A stretch of DNA of 64,000 nt from Sphingobacterium thalpophilum (GCA_945868825.1 CAMBMM010000002.1:54252-118251); one strand, 5' to 3'; counted from the stretch's first letter, positions 1-10,214 are shown. Numbers and translations are program-made. The notes: a model not told the origin generated them from the sequence alone.

Positions 1-772
1 CATAAAACCCATTCGGGCTTGCATTGGCATTGGCGCACGCATCGGAAGAACGTATAGCCGATATATCGAAACTAATCATGCTAGCATTGCGAATAAGAGG
101 TTCGGCAGCTTGCATATTGCCAGAAAACTCCCCCAAGCGGTGCGCATCAAAAAATAATTTATCTAAGGCCTTTACGCTATCTTGATTTACAAAATAGGTT
201 TGATAACCCAAATTGGTAAAGTTGAATAAGTAGTTTGGCTGATGCAGTAAAATTTTCTGCAAGTAGGCCTGGGAATTCGTTTCTATCGTATTTTCTGAAG
301 ATTCATCTAAATCAAAATGCGAATCTACTGCTAATAAATCTACCTTTTGTTCTAAGCCTTCATAGGCCATGTACTGGGCATAGGTTAAATCTTGTCCACC
401 TCCTAAAATAATTGGCACAATATTTAGTTTCACCAGCTCGGCAACCACCGTTTTCAAAGCTATGTACGTATCCGAAAGTTCTTTTCCGGCTTTAATATTT
501 CCCAAATCAACTATTCGGGTGGTAAAATTTCCTTCGCTTAATGTATACAATTGCCCACGAACATAATCGGGGCCTAAAGCACAGCCCTGGTTGTTCAATG
601 CTCCGCGATCATCGAGTACGCCAATAAGCGCTAAGTCGTACGCATTGGGCTCTAGGCTAGGAAAATGATCGGTAAAGCAGTCTATTTTAGCCCCTAAGTG
701 GCTGGTATAAAAGCCGGATGATGGACTAAGCTTATCAAAATCAATGGGACTAAAAAAATCGGCTAATGACAT
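1..772 (-). CDS. arginase/formimidoylglutamase (ureohydrolase) family protein; 3' end lies beyond the window edge
   Basis: Hand translation of the minus strand from the ATG at 770-772 gives MSLADFFSPIDFDKL...IVPIILGGGQDLTYAQY...LLAVDSHFD...SFDISAI. These are ureohydrolase-like metal-site motifs. It is absent from the ORF track because it runs off the window. Confidence 0.6.
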   Translation of the reverse strand, partial: MSLADFFSPIDFDKLSPSSGFYTSHLGAKIDCFTDHFPSLEPNAYDLALIGVLDDRGALNNQGCALGPDYVRGQLYTLSEGNFTTRIVDLGNIKAGKELSDTYIALKTVVAELVKLNIVPIILGGGQDLTYAQYMAYEGLEQKVDLLAVDSHFDLDESSENTIETNSQAYLQKILLHQPNYLFNFTNLGYQTYFVNQDSVKALDKLFFDAHRLGEFSGNMQAAEPLIRNASMISFDISAIRSSDACANANASPNGFY

Positions 773-814
773 GTTTTATCGTGATGTATACTGCCAAATA
801 TCCAATTAATCCAT

Positions 815-822
815 TACTTTTG
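815..822 (+). promoter_or_regulatory. Bacteroidota-type -7 promoter box (TACTTTTG = TAnnTTTG)
   Basis: Exact match to the TAnnTTTG consensus about 25 nt upstream of the 848 start codon. Confidence 0.4.
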
Positions 823-847
823 AAAGCATAAAGGCATTTTTTCTTAA

Positions 848-1813
848 ATGATTGTAGTTACAGGCGCAACAGGATTTTTAGGTTCGGTACTTACTCGGCA
901 ATTGCTGAAAGACGGGCATGCGGTTCGTGGCCTAAAACGTAGCAGTTCTATCATTCCTCCTTATTTAGAAAATCAGCCTCAGCTAAGTTGGCTGGAGGGC
1001 GATATTTGCGATCCCTTTATTGTGGAAGAATTACTAGCAGGAGCCACGCAAGTATACCATACTGCCGCAGTAATTTCATTTAATCCGGCAGCAAAAAAAC
1101 ACATGCTTCATACCAATGTAACTGGAACAGCTACTGTGGTAGATGCTTGCTTAACCCATCCTGGTATTCGTTTGGTACACGTAAGTTCGGTAGCAGCCCT
1201 AGGCGAAGTTAAGCCCGGAACAGCTACCACCGAAGAAGCGAATTTAGAACTAAATTCACAAACGAATGGTTACAGCCTATCGAAACATTTAAGCGAATTT
1301 GAAGTATGGCGTGGCATTGCCGAAGGTTTGGATGCGGTGATTGTAAACCCCTCCATAATTCTTGGTAAAGAGTGCGGCCTGCAAGGTAGTGGGGCTTTGG
1401 TTAAGTCGGTTATAAAGGGATTAAGCCATTACCCAAGCGGCAGTTGTGGCTTAGTGAGTGTAAGCGATGTAGCCACCTGCATGATTGAACTAATGGATAG
1501 CAAGATTAGCGGCGAACGCTACATTATTAATGCCGAAAACTGGTCATACAAAGATTTATTTACCGAAATAGCGAAGAAATTGGGCGTAAAAGGACCGAAA
1601 AAAGAAGTAAAAAATTGGCAATTGCTAGTACTTGCACAACTAGCCGAATGGAAAGCTAAAATCAGCAAGAAACCCCTACAATTAAGTACAGATACTGCCC
1701 GTAGTGCGGGTAAATTATCCAAGTATTCGAACAAAAAAATTAGAAATACTACCTCCATAACTTTTAAACCTATAGCGCAAGAATTAGCCGATATATGCCG
1801 AAGCTTATCCTAA
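848..1813 (+). CDS. NAD-dependent epimerase/dehydratase family (extended SDR) protein
   Basis: N-terminal Rossmann motif VTGATGFLG and a YSLSK (YxxxK) catalytic motif; 321 aa. Confidence 0.8.
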   Translation: MIVVTGATGFLGSVLTRQLLKDGHAVRGLKRSSSIIPPYLENQPQLSWLEGDICDPFIVEELLAGATQVYHTAAVISFNPAAKKHMLHTNVTGTATVVDACLTHPGIRLVHVSSVAALGEVKPGTATTEEANLELNSQTNGYSLSKHLSEFEVWRGIAEGLDAVIVNPSIILGKECGLQGSGALVKSVIKGLSHYPSGSCGLVSVSDVATCMIELMDSKISGERYIINAENWSYKDLFTEIAKKLGVKGPKKEVKNWQLLVLAQLAEWKAKISKKPLQLSTDTARSAGKLSKYSNKKIRNTTSITFKPIAQELADICRSLS

Positions 1814-3105
1814 AACCTTCTTATTACATCATCGATTTTGATAGCACCTTTACCCAAGTAGAGGCCCTCGACGAATTGGCTCGTATTTCTCTCAAAAATC
1901 ATCCCGACAGAGAAAAAAGAATTGCAGAAATAGATGAATTAACCCATGCTGCTATGGAAGGTCGTCTCTCTTTTGGCGAAAGTTTAGCCGGCCGAGTACG
2001 CTTATTAGATGCCAATAAAAAACACCTCGATCAACTTATTAGCCAGTTAAAGAAAAAAGTATCTTCCTCTTTTTCCCGCAATAAATTATTCTTTAAAAAA
2101 CACGCCCAAGAAGTGCTCATTGTTTCGGGTGGATTTAAAGAATTTATTACACCGGTGGTGGCTCCGTACCATATCCAAAAAGAGAATATTTACGCCAACA
2201 CCTTTCTGTTTAATGCCGATGGGCTCATTATAGGCTTTGATGAAAAAAATCCCTTGGCTACCGAGGGCGGCAAAGTAAAATTACTCCAAAGCATGAAGCT
2301 ACCCGGCGAATTGTATGGAATTGGCGATGGGCACTCCGATTTTCAACTCAAAGAATCGGGATTGATTAAGAAATTTTACGCTTTTACCGAAAACATCGAA
2401 CGAAAAACAGTGTCGGCCAAAGCGGATCATATTGCACCCAGTTTTGATGAATTTTTATACGTAAACAATCTTCCAAGGGCAATCAGCTATCCTAAAAACC
2501 GCATTTTATGCCTAGCTGTGGGCCAAATACCCGAAGAAAGTTTACAACTATTAAAAAAAGATGGCTTCTCTATTCGGCATAAAACAAGTTTTGAAGAAAA
2601 ATACGTGGCCGATGTAGGTATGTTGTTATTAGGCAAAGGCGAACGCATAGAAGACGAAAAGCTGAAACGTGCCGTAAAACTTAAAACTATTGGCTATTTG
2701 GGTGCTAGTAAATTGGCATTATCAGAAAGCATATGCACCCAAATGGGGATTGTGCTGTTCGACGATGCAAAAGAGAATCCAAGAAATAGTCGCTTTATTC
2801 CACAACGCATGGCCGATTTTATAAATAAAGGAGACAGCTATTTAAGTAGCAATTTCCCGAATTTGCAATTGCCTAAAATTGCCCAAGCACATCGCCTCAT
2901 TCATATACACCATAATGTGCCAGGTATTATGGCACAAATCAATCAGGTGTTTGCACAACATCAAATCAATATTTTAGGCCAATTTTTAATGACTAACCCA
3001 CAAATTGGCTATGCCATTACCGATGTTAGTGCCGAATACGACAAAGACGTGCTCAAGAAATTAAAACAAATAGAGCATACCATAAAATTCAGGATATTGT
3101 ATTAA
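1795..3105 (+). CDS. HAD-IB phosphoserine-phosphatase-like domain fused to SerA-type substrate-binding lobe and ACT domain (no NAD-binding core)
   Basis: HAD motifs DFDST, SGGF and GDGHSD are in the N-terminal half. The C-terminal AHRLIHIHHNVPGIMAQINQVFAQHQINILGQFL...GYAITDV...IKFRILY resembles the ACT tail of E. coli SerA. Confidence 0.7.
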   Translation: MPKLILKPSYYIIDFDSTFTQVEALDELARISLKNHPDREKRIAEIDELTHAAMEGRLSFGESLAGRVRLLDANKKHLDQLISQLKKKVSSSFSRNKLFFKKHAQEVLIVSGGFKEFITPVVAPYHIQKENIYANTFLFNADGLIIGFDEKNPLATEGGKVKLLQSMKLPGELYGIGDGHSDFQLKESGLIKKFYAFTENIERKTVSAKADHIAPSFDEFLYVNNLPRAISYPKNRILCLAVGQIPEESLQLLKKDGFSIRHKTSFEEKYVADVGMLLLGKGERIEDEKLKRAVKLKTIGYLGASKLALSESICTQMGIVLFDDAKENPRNSRFIPQRMADFINKGDSYLSSNFPNLQLPKIAQAHRLIHIHHNVPGIMAQINQVFAQHQINILGQFLMTNPQIGYAITDVSAEYDKDVLKKLKQIEHTIKFRILY

Positions 3106-3106
3106 T

Positions 3107-3487
3107 TTGACACCCATGAAAGAACTTTTATTAGTTTTTGGTGGCGGCGGCCTAGGTAGCGTTTCCCGCTTTTTAATAGGCAAATGTTATCCTGCCGGAC
3201 TTAGCGTGTTTCCTTGGGGCACCCTAAGTGCCAACTTTTTAAGTTGTGTAGTATTTGGGATAGTATTGATGTTTGGCGTAGAAAAAATAAATCTAAGTTA
3301 TTCCTTAAAACTGCTGCTCATTACCGGTTTTTGTGGTGGCTTTAGCACCTACTCTAGTTTTACCTTCGAAACCGTAGATCTTTTTAAACACGGAAATACA
3401 GGCCTAGCCCTTACCAATATTGTGGCTAACTTTGCACTAAGCGTTGCAGGCTTATACCTCGGCACCAGCTTAGCCCGTTTCATTTAA
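3107..3487 (+). CDS. crcB: fluoride efflux channel CrcB/FluC
   Basis: GGGLGSVSRF motif and four hydrophobic segments in about 125 aa. The real start is probably the ATG at 3116 (MKELLLV). Confidence 0.9.
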   Translation: MTPMKELLLVFGGGGLGSVSRFLIGKCYPAGLSVFPWGTLSANFLSCVVFGIVLMFGVEKINLSYSLKLLLITGFCGGFSTYSSFTFETVDLFKHGNTGLALTNIVANFALSVAGLYLGTSLARFI

Positions 3488-3497
3488 CAGCCCAACC

Positions 3498-4457
3498 ATG
3501 GAAATTACACCAGAAATTCAAGATCGTTTAGAAAAACTCCAAGCTAAATACGAAGCCATGGGGCAAGATATGGTGTCCTATTTAGACGGTTTATTGCATG
3601 CTAATTTTTTAACCTATTGGGACTATATTCACTTGGATACACTCTTGAGTTTACAAACACCCAAGACTTCTTTTCCTGATGAAGAAATTTTCATACTATA
3701 CCATCAAATAACCGAATTATATTTTAAGCTAACCCTACACGAATGCAAGCAATTAACCGAAAAAAGCGATTTGACAAGCGACTTTTTTACCACTCGACTT
3801 AAACGCATCAATTCCTACTTTACGGCACTAACCCAATCGTTCGATATTATGGTTGAAGGCATGGAAAAAGAGCAATTCCTAAACTTCCGCATGTCGCTCT
3901 TGCCTGCAAGCGGTTTTCAATCGGGGCAATACCGCATGATTGAAATTTATGCCACCGATTTTGTTCAATTAGTTGATAAAGATCATCGCGAAGCTCTAGC
4001 AAAAGCCGATCTGAAAACCCAATACCAGCATATTTATTGGAAATACGGCGCTACCGAACTCTCTACAGGCAAAAAAACACTAACCTTAAAACAGTTTGAG
4101 AAAAAATACGAAAAAACCTTTTTAGAATTAGCCGAAACTTGCCAAAGTAAAAATTTAAGAGCGCTTTACACCCAATTAAAAGCCCAAGGCCACAGTACTG
4201 CCGCTTTAGAAACCGAACTACGCCAACTCGATGTAAACGTGAATGTAAATTGGCCACTTTCTCATTATAAATCAGCCGTGCGCTATTTAAACCGCCAGCC
4301 CGAAGAAATAAAAGCTACCGGTGGCACTAATTGGCAAAAATACCTTCCTCCACGCTTTCAAAAACGTATATTTTATCCAGAATTATGGAGTACCGAAGAA
4401 CTAGAAGAGTGGGGAAAAACGTGGGTTTATAGTGTACTTCCTACACTCGAAAAATAA
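3498..4457 (+). CDS. kynA: tryptophan 2,3-dioxygenase
   Basis: YWDYIHLDTLLSLQ, DEEIFILYHQITELYFKL, SGFQSGQYRMIE and TGGTNW blocks match the bacterial TDO family. Confidence 0.85.
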   Translation: MEITPEIQDRLEKLQAKYEAMGQDMVSYLDGLLHANFLTYWDYIHLDTLLSLQTPKTSFPDEEIFILYHQITELYFKLTLHECKQLTEKSDLTSDFFTTRLKRINSYFTALTQSFDIMVEGMEKEQFLNFRMSLLPASGFQSGQYRMIEIYATDFVQLVDKDHREALAKADLKTQYQHIYWKYGATELSTGKKTLTLKQFEKKYEKTFLELAETCQSKNLRALYTQLKAQGHSTAALETELRQLDVNVNVNWPLSHYKSAVRYLNRQPEEIKATGGTNWQKYLPPRFQKRIFYPELWSTEELEEWGKTWVYSVLPTLEK

Positions 4458-4494
4458 AATATCTTCCATAAAAAAGGGATTTTTTTAGCTAATT

Positions 4495-5583
4495 TTGTGG
4501 CAACTAACCACCCAATACGTGACCGATCTATTAGCTATAAACGTAATCCCTACCAAGCAATCACGCCTGGCAAGTACCAACTTCAGTAACCTTTCTTTTG
4601 GGCATGTATTTTCCGATCACATGTTTACTGCCGATTTTGAAGATGGTGCTTGGAAAAATTTGCAAATTATACCCTATGGAAACATCGAAATAAGCCCTGC
4701 GGCTTCTTCGCTCCATTACGGACAAGCGATTTTTGAGGGCATAAAAGCATATAAACATCCCGATGGCAAAGTAGCCATTTTTAGACCCCAGAAAAACTTC
4801 GAACGCTTTAATATTTCTGCTCAACGCATGGCTATGCCAGTGGTACCCGAAGCTATTTTTATGCAAGGTATGGAGCAGCTTATAAAACTAGATAGCGCTT
4901 GGGTGCCGAGTGGAGAAGGACATTCTTTATACATAAGACCCCTGCTGTTTGCTACCGACCCCATTTTGGGCGTGCATGCATCTGCTAATTATAAATTTGT
5001 GATTTTAACTGGCCCGGCTGGAGCATACTACCCTAAACCGCTAAAAGTTAAGATTGAAATGCACTATGCTCGAGCCATAGAGGGTGGCGTAGGCTATGCA
5101 AAAACAGCCGGAAATTACGCCAGCTCTTTATTACCTACAAAATTGGCACAAAACGAAGGCTATGATCAGTTGATTTGGACCGATGCGAAAGAGCATGCCT
5201 ATATAGAAGAATCTGGTACTACAAACGTGATGTTTGTGGTTAACGATACACTCATCACCCCATCTACCCGCGATACTATTTTAGATGGCGTAACCCGTCA
5301 TTCTATTTTAGATTTAGTTAGAGCATGGGGCATGAAAGTAGAAGAACGCCGTGTAAGCGTTGCCGAAATAATAGAAGCCGCAAAAAATGGCACCTTACAA
5401 GATGCCTTTGGCGCCGGAACCGCCGCTACCATTGCACATATTGCCGAAATAACCTACCAAGGCGAAACCTATACCCTTCCAGCGCCCGAAAGCAGGGTGT
5501 TTTCGAATAAAGCATTGCAAACACTTAAAGAAATTCGGTATGGCTTAAGCCCCGACGAATTTGGGTGGAATCGAATCTTATAA
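4495..5583 (+). CDS. ilvE: branched-chain amino acid aminotransferase
   Basis: Class IV aminotransferase blocks (HYGQAIFEGIKAY, YIRPL, GVGYAKTAGNYA, ESGTTNVF-like) in about 360 aa. TTG start as given; the exact start is uncertain. Confidence 0.9.
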   Translation: MWQLTTQYVTDLLAINVIPTKQSRLASTNFSNLSFGHVFSDHMFTADFEDGAWKNLQIIPYGNIEISPAASSLHYGQAIFEGIKAYKHPDGKVAIFRPQKNFERFNISAQRMAMPVVPEAIFMQGMEQLIKLDSAWVPSGEGHSLYIRPLLFATDPILGVHASANYKFVILTGPAGAYYPKPLKVKIEMHYARAIEGGVGYAKTAGNYASSLLPTKLAQNEGYDQLIWTDAKEHAYIEESGTTNVMFVVNDTLITPSTRDTILDGVTRHSILDLVRAWGMKVEERRVSVAEIIEAAKNGTLQDAFGAGTAATIAHIAEITYQGETYTLPAPESRVFSNKALQTLKEIRYGLSPDEFGWNRIL

Positions 5584-5596
5584 GTCATCTTCATAT

Positions 5597-5626
5597 AAAA
5601 ACCCGCTCCAGAAGCGGGTTTTTTGT
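5597..5626 (+). terminator. rho-independent terminator after ilvE
   Basis: Stem acccgct/agcgggt followed by a T-run. Confidence 0.8.
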
Positions 5627-5659
5627 TAAAAGATTGCTGACATTCTGTCATTAATTCTG

Positions 5660-5667
5660 TATTTTTG
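5660..5667 (+). promoter_or_regulatory. Bacteroidota-type -7 box (TATTTTTG) for miaB
   Basis: TAnnTTTG match just upstream of the miaB start codons. It implies a very short leader. Confidence 0.35.
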
Positions 5668-5669
5668 TA

Positions 5670-7094
5670 TTGAATATGGATATGTTGCATACAACAAAAG
5701 AACACGACGAAAGCCGCCAAGGAGAAGCCCTGCTACTAGATGGCAAGCAAAATATATCCAACGGCCGTAAAGTATATATCGAAAGTTATGGCTGTGCCAT
5801 GAACTTTTCCGACAGCGAAATTGTGGCCTCGGTAATGGTAGACATGGGCTTCAAAACCGTAGGAACCTACAAAGAAGCCGATGTAATTTTTATCAATACC
5901 TGCTCCATTCGCGATAATGCCGAACAACGTGTGCGCAACCGCTTGCGTGAGTTCGGATCCATTAAAAAACACAAACCCGGAGCCCTCATTGGCGTATTAG
6001 GCTGCATGGCCGAACGCCTCAAAGCCAAGTTTTTAGAAGAAGAAAAATTGGTAGACTTAGTAGTTGGACCAGATGCCTACCGCGATTTACCAGGTTTAAT
6101 CAATCAGGTAGATGAAGGTGAACGAGCGGTAAATGTGCTCCTTTCAAGAGAAGAAACCTATGCCGATATTAGTCCGTTACGCCTAAACAGCAATGGCATT
6201 ACCGCCTTCGTATCTATTATGCGGGGCTGCGACAATATGTGTTCCTTTTGTGTAGTTCCTTTTACCCGTGGCCGCGAACGTAGCCGTGATGCCCAGTCTA
6301 TTGTACAAGAAGTACGCGATTTGGCAACAGCCGGATATAAAGAAGTAACGCTTTTAGGCCAAAATGTAGATTCCTATAAATGGGCAAATGAAGAAGGCAC
6401 AGAAAAAGTGAATTTCGCCCAATTATTGGCCCTCACTGCAGAAGTGAATCCAAATGTGCGGGTACGCTTTTCTACCTCACACCCCAAAGATATTACGGAC
6501 GAGGTATTGCACACCATGGCCCAATATGAAAATATTTGCAAGTACATTCACCTTCCTATCCAATCGGGTAACTCCAGGGTGTTAGATATTATGAACCGAA
6601 CCTATACCCGAGAGTGGTACTTAGAACGGGTAGATGCCATTCGCCGTATTTTACCGCAGGCGGCCATTTCTACTGACATTATTGTGGGCTTTTGTACCGA
6701 AAACGAAGCTGAGCATCAAGATACCATTAGTCTAATGGCCGAAGTGAATTTCAGCTTTGCATATATGTATATGTACTCGGAGCGCCCAGGCACCTTAGCC
6801 GCTAAACGCTTTAGCGACGATATTCCAGAAGACGTAAAAAATCGTCGTCTAAACGAAATTATTGAACAACAACACCGAAGCAGCCACAAGCGGGTATTGG
6901 AGCAATTAGGTAAAGTACAAAAAGTACTTATTGAGAGTTTTTCGAAAAAATCTACTAAAGATTACGCAGGGCGTAGCGATCAGAATACTACTGTTATTTT
7001 CCCAGTAGACGAGCGCTTTAAACCTGGCGATTATGTGGATGTATTGGCCGAGAGTTGCACTACCGCAACCCTAATTGGTAAAATTATTGACTAA
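5670..7094 (+). CDS. miaB: tRNA-2-methylthio-N6-dimethylallyladenosine synthase
   Basis: UPF0004 N-terminal domain, radical-SAM CDNMCSFC cluster motif and a TRAM-like C-terminus. The likely true start is the ATG at 5676 or 5682. Confidence 0.9.
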   Translation: MNMDMLHTTKEHDESRQGEALLLDGKQNISNGRKVYIESYGCAMNFSDSEIVASVMVDMGFKTVGTYKEADVIFINTCSIRDNAEQRVRNRLREFGSIKKHKPGALIGVLGCMAERLKAKFLEEEKLVDLVVGPDAYRDLPGLINQVDEGERAVNVLLSREETYADISPLRLNSNGITAFVSIMRGCDNMCSFCVVPFTRGRERSRDAQSIVQEVRDLATAGYKEVTLLGQNVDSYKWANEEGTEKVNFAQLLALTAEVNPNVRVRFSTSHPKDITDEVLHTMAQYENICKYIHLPIQSGNSRVLDIMNRTYTREWYLERVDAIRRILPQAAISTDIIVGFCTENEAEHQDTISLMAEVNFSFAYMYMYSERPGTLAAKRFSDDIPEDVKNRRLNEIIEQQHRSSHKRVLEQLGKVQKVLIESFSKKSTKDYAGRSDQNTTVIFPVDERFKPGDYVDVLAESCTTATLIGKIID

Positions 7095-7095
7095 T

Positions 7096-8334
7096 ATGGA
7101 TCTTCAAACCATCAAAAATCGTTTCGGTATTATTGGCAATTCGCCATTATTAAACCGTGCCATTACCATTGCCCAGCAAGTAGCCCCCACCGATATTTCG
7201 GTATTAATTACCGGCGAAAGCGGTAGCGGTAAGGAGGTTTTTTCGCATATTATCCATCAATTAAGCGCCCGCAAACACGGTCCTTTTATTGCGGTAAACT
7301 GCGGAGCCATTCCCGAAGGAACCATTGATTCGGAATTATTTGGACACGAAAAAGGCTCATTTACCGGTGCCCACGAGGCCCGAAAAGGTTATTTTGAAGT
7401 AGTGGATGGCGGTACCATTTTTTTAGATGAAGTAGCAGAATTGCCCCTAGGCACCCAAGCCCGTTTATTACGGGTATTAGAAACCGGCGAATACCTGCGT
7501 GTAGGTTCATCTAAAGTGCAAAAAACCAATGTGCGGGTAATTGCCGCTACCAATGTAGATGTATTTGATGCCGTACGTGCCGGTAAATTTAGAGAAGATT
7601 TATACTACCGATTAAATACCGTTCCGCTTAAAACACCAGCTTTAAGAGAGCGTAAAGAAGATATTTTCTTATTGTTTCGGAAATTTATTGCCGATTTTAC
7701 CGATAAATACCGTAGCCCTTCGGTGCAATTAGATACCGATGCGCAAAACGTATTGAGCAATTACAGCTGGCCAGGAAATGTGCGCCAACTAAAAAACATT
7801 GCCGAACAAATTGCGGTTTTAGAGAAAGACCGAAACATTACGGGACAAAGCATACTCACCTATATTCCTAACGAGCAAAACAATCAGTTGCCTATGCGAA
7901 TAGACAAGCAAGGCAAAGAAGATTTTTCGGAACGAGATATTTTGTACAAAGTGTTATTTGATATGAAAAAAGATATGCTCGACTTAAAAAAGTTAGTAGC
8001 AGAAATTATTCAGAACAATGGCAATGGATCTCAATTATCGGTAAATCCGCAGGCATTAAACCAACTTTACACCGATATAGAGTTACAGCCAACAGCGGCA
8101 GAATTGCACGGTTCGTCAACGCTAACCATTCATCAGCCTGGTACCGAACCTCAACATTTCGATATTTTACAGCATGAAGAGGAAGAGGAATCTTTATCTT
8201 TAATAGACCAAGAATCGGATTTAATTAAAAAAGCACTGAAAAAACACCGCGGTAAACGTAAATTAGCGGCACAAGAATTGGGTATTTCGGAGCGTACCTT
8301 GTACCGAAAAATTAAAGAATTGAATTTAAACTAA
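7096..8334 (+). CDS. sigma-54-dependent transcriptional activator (AAA+ plus Fis-type HTH, no receiver or sensor domain)
   Basis: Walker A GESGSGKE, GSFTGA (GAFTGA variant) and a C-terminal HTH ELGISERTLYRKIKEL. The ATG at 7096 directly follows the miaB stop. Confidence 0.85.
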   Translation: MDLQTIKNRFGIIGNSPLLNRAITIAQQVAPTDISVLITGESGSGKEVFSHIIHQLSARKHGPFIAVNCGAIPEGTIDSELFGHEKGSFTGAHEARKGYFEVVDGGTIFLDEVAELPLGTQARLLRVLETGEYLRVGSSKVQKTNVRVIAATNVDVFDAVRAGKFREDLYYRLNTVPLKTPALRERKEDIFLLFRKFIADFTDKYRSPSVQLDTDAQNVLSNYSWPGNVRQLKNIAEQIAVLEKDRNITGQSILTYIPNEQNNQLPMRIDKQGKEDFSERDILYKVLFDMKKDMLDLKKLVAEIIQNNGNGSQLSVNPQALNQLYTDIELQPTAAELHGSSTLTIHQPGTEPQHFDILQHEEEEESLSLIDQESDLIKKALKKHRGKRKLAAQELGISERTLYRKIKELNLN

Positions 8335-8861
8335 TGAGAATTTATACCACGCATTGGATGAAAAAAGTGGGCTTTTTAGCTATAATAATGCTATTTTTTA
8401 GTAGTGGCTGTGGTATTTATTCCTTCACCGGAGCCTCTATTCCGGTGGAAATGAAAAGCATTAGTGTACAATTTTTTGAAAACAATGCCCCATTGGTAGT
8501 TCCGTATTTAAGTCAGCAATTTACCGAAGATTTAAAAGAACGCATCCGTAACCAATCGAGCTTGCGCTTGGTTCGTACCGATGCCGATGCCAACGTTGAA
8601 GGCCGAATTACCGATTATAGTATCCGCCCATCGGCCATACAAGGCAACGAGCGGGCCGGCCTAGAGCGCTTAACTATAAGTATCAGCGTAAAATATACCA
8701 ACGTGCTAAAACCCGAATTAAATTTCGAGAAATCGTTTAGCCGATTTAAAGATTTTTCTACCCAAAGCAAGCCCTTGCAAGCGCAAGAGCAGCAGCTAAT
8801 AAAAGATATTAATGTACAATTAACAGAAGATGTTTTTAATGCCGCCTTTGCCAATTGGTAA
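8334..8861 (+). CDS. lptE: LptE-like LPS-assembly lipoprotein
   Basis: Lipobox FFSSGCG, about 170 aa, and conserved Bacteroidota synteny (miaB, sigma-54 activator, lptE, secG) as I recall it. An alternative start is the MKKVGF at 8358. Confidence 0.55.
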   Translation: MRIYTTHWMKKVGFLAIIMLFFSSGCGIYSFTGASIPVEMKSISVQFFENNAPLVVPYLSQQFTEDLKERIRNQSSLRLVRTDADANVEGRITDYSIRPSAIQGNERAGLERLTISISVKYTNVLKPELNFEKSFSRFKDFSTQSKPLQAQEQQLIKDINVQLTEDVFNAAFANW

Positions 8862-8885
8862 ACAAAAACAACTCGTAATTTTTCG

Positions 8886-9848
8886 ATGAGTACCCTACCA
8901 CAAACAAAAACATTTAGCAACATAGTTACCATGCCGGCCAGCTTACAGGCTGGCGATGCGGCCAGTTATGAAACGTTGGTAGAAAAATATCCGTATTGCC
9001 AGATTTTACAATTTGTAGATGCCAAACTGAATAATGCGCCCGAAAAAGCAGCAATTTATGCTCCAGAAGGCGCCGTATTAGAAAAATTTATCAATCGCCC
9101 CGAAACGCTAATTAGCTTACCAGCCTACCAAGCCGAAAGGCTTGATCCGCTAGAGCAGGCAGTGGTTCAGGATATGAACGAAATGCCTGAAGAATCGGTA
9201 GAAGCAGAATTGCATTACCGCTTAGAGGAAGACCCCATAGAAGAATTGGCCGACGATACCCATCAATTAATTATGGAAAATATTGCTTCCTCGGACTTTT
9301 TTGCCTTGGAAGATAAAGTAACCGAGCCAAAAGCTGAAGCAAGCACAAGCAAAGAAGTTTCCCGCTACGACGATGAACAGCTGCCCTACACCTTTTTATG
9401 GTGGCTCAATAAAACCCGAAAAGCGCATGCAAAAAGCTATCGCCCCTATGTAAGTTTTACCCTCGATACCTCCGAAAAAATTGAGGAAAAACCAAAGCAG
9501 GCACCCGATATAGATTTAAACGCTTGGACCGAGCCGACATCCAAAAGAGAACAAAATTCGCCTCCTACAGCAGAAAAACGCAAAGTCGACGACATTATTG
9601 AGCGTTTCATTCAGCAAGAGCCACAACTGTCGCCACCATCGGCAGATAAAATGAGCCCGGAGAATAAAGCCCGTAAAAGTGCCGAAGATTCACTAGAAGT
9701 GGTATCGGAAACATTGGCCAAAATTTACACCGAGCAACTACTCATAGACAAAGCTATTGCTACCTACCAGAAATTAAGTTTGAAATTTCCCGAAAAAAGC
9801 ACGTACTTTGCTAACCAAATTGTTGCCTTAGAGCAACGGAAAAATTAA
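8886..9848 (+). CDS. hypothetical protein (acidic middle region, TPR-like C-terminus)
   Basis: Long ORF in a coding-dense syntenic slot. No recognised catalytic motif. Confidence 0.5.
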   Translation: MSTLPQTKTFSNIVTMPASLQAGDAASYETLVEKYPYCQILQFVDAKLNNAPEKAAIYAPEGAVLEKFINRPETLISLPAYQAERLDPLEQAVVQDMNEMPEESVEAELHYRLEEDPIEELADDTHQLIMENIASSDFFALEDKVTEPKAEASTSKEVSRYDDEQLPYTFLWWLNKTRKAHAKSYRPYVSFTLDTSEKIEEKPKQAPDIDLNAWTEPTSKREQNSPPTAEKRKVDDIIERFIQQEPQLSPPSADKMSPENKARKSAEDSLEVVSETLAKIYTEQLLIDKAIATYQKLSLKFPEKSTYFANQIVALEQRKN

Positions 9849-9860
9849 TATTAAACGATT

Positions 9861-10193
9861 ATGTATTTCGCACTTGTAATTATTGCCATTTTAGTTTGTG
9901 CCCTTTTAGCACTATTTATTCTCATTCAAAATCCTAAAGGAGGTGGTTTATCTTCCGGATTTTCAGGTTCAAATACCATTATGGGCGTACAACGTACTGG
10001 CGACTTTTTAGAAAAAGGAACTTGGTTTTTAGCCGCTAGCTTAATGGTACTGGCTATTTTGGTAAATATGGTAATCCCTAAATCGGGTGTTGTAAACGAA
10101 AAAGCAAACGATTTGCAAAATAAAATAGAAAAAACAGCCCCTATGAAGGCCCCTGTTAGCTTACCAAGCGCACCTTTAAACGGCGGTAAATAA
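9861..10193 (+). CDS. secG: preprotein translocase subunit SecG
   Basis: N-terminal TM segment followed by LIQNPKGGGLSSGFSG, the characteristic SecG motif, and a second TM segment. Confidence 0.85.
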   Translation: MYFALVIIAILVCALLALFILIQNPKGGGLSSGFSGSNTIMGVQRTGDFLEKGTWFLAASLMVLAILVNMVIPKSGVVNEKANDLQNKIEKTAPMKAPVSLPSAPLNGGK

Positions 10194-10214
10194 GCCAATA
10201 CTATACGTACTTCA

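Noticed and set aside
3060-3116. Fluoride riboswitch expected upstream of crcB
   Set aside because: crcB starts within about 10 nt of the preceding stop codon, so there is no room for a crcB-motif RNA. The gene appears to be co-transcribed with the upstream gene.
7075-7095. N-terminal extensions given in the ORF track (7075, 15613, 21734, 26480, 31559, 18502)
   Set aside because: In each case an internal ATG gives a canonical N-terminus or signal peptide and removes an overlap with the neighbouring gene. The longer forms probably result from maximal-ORF calling.
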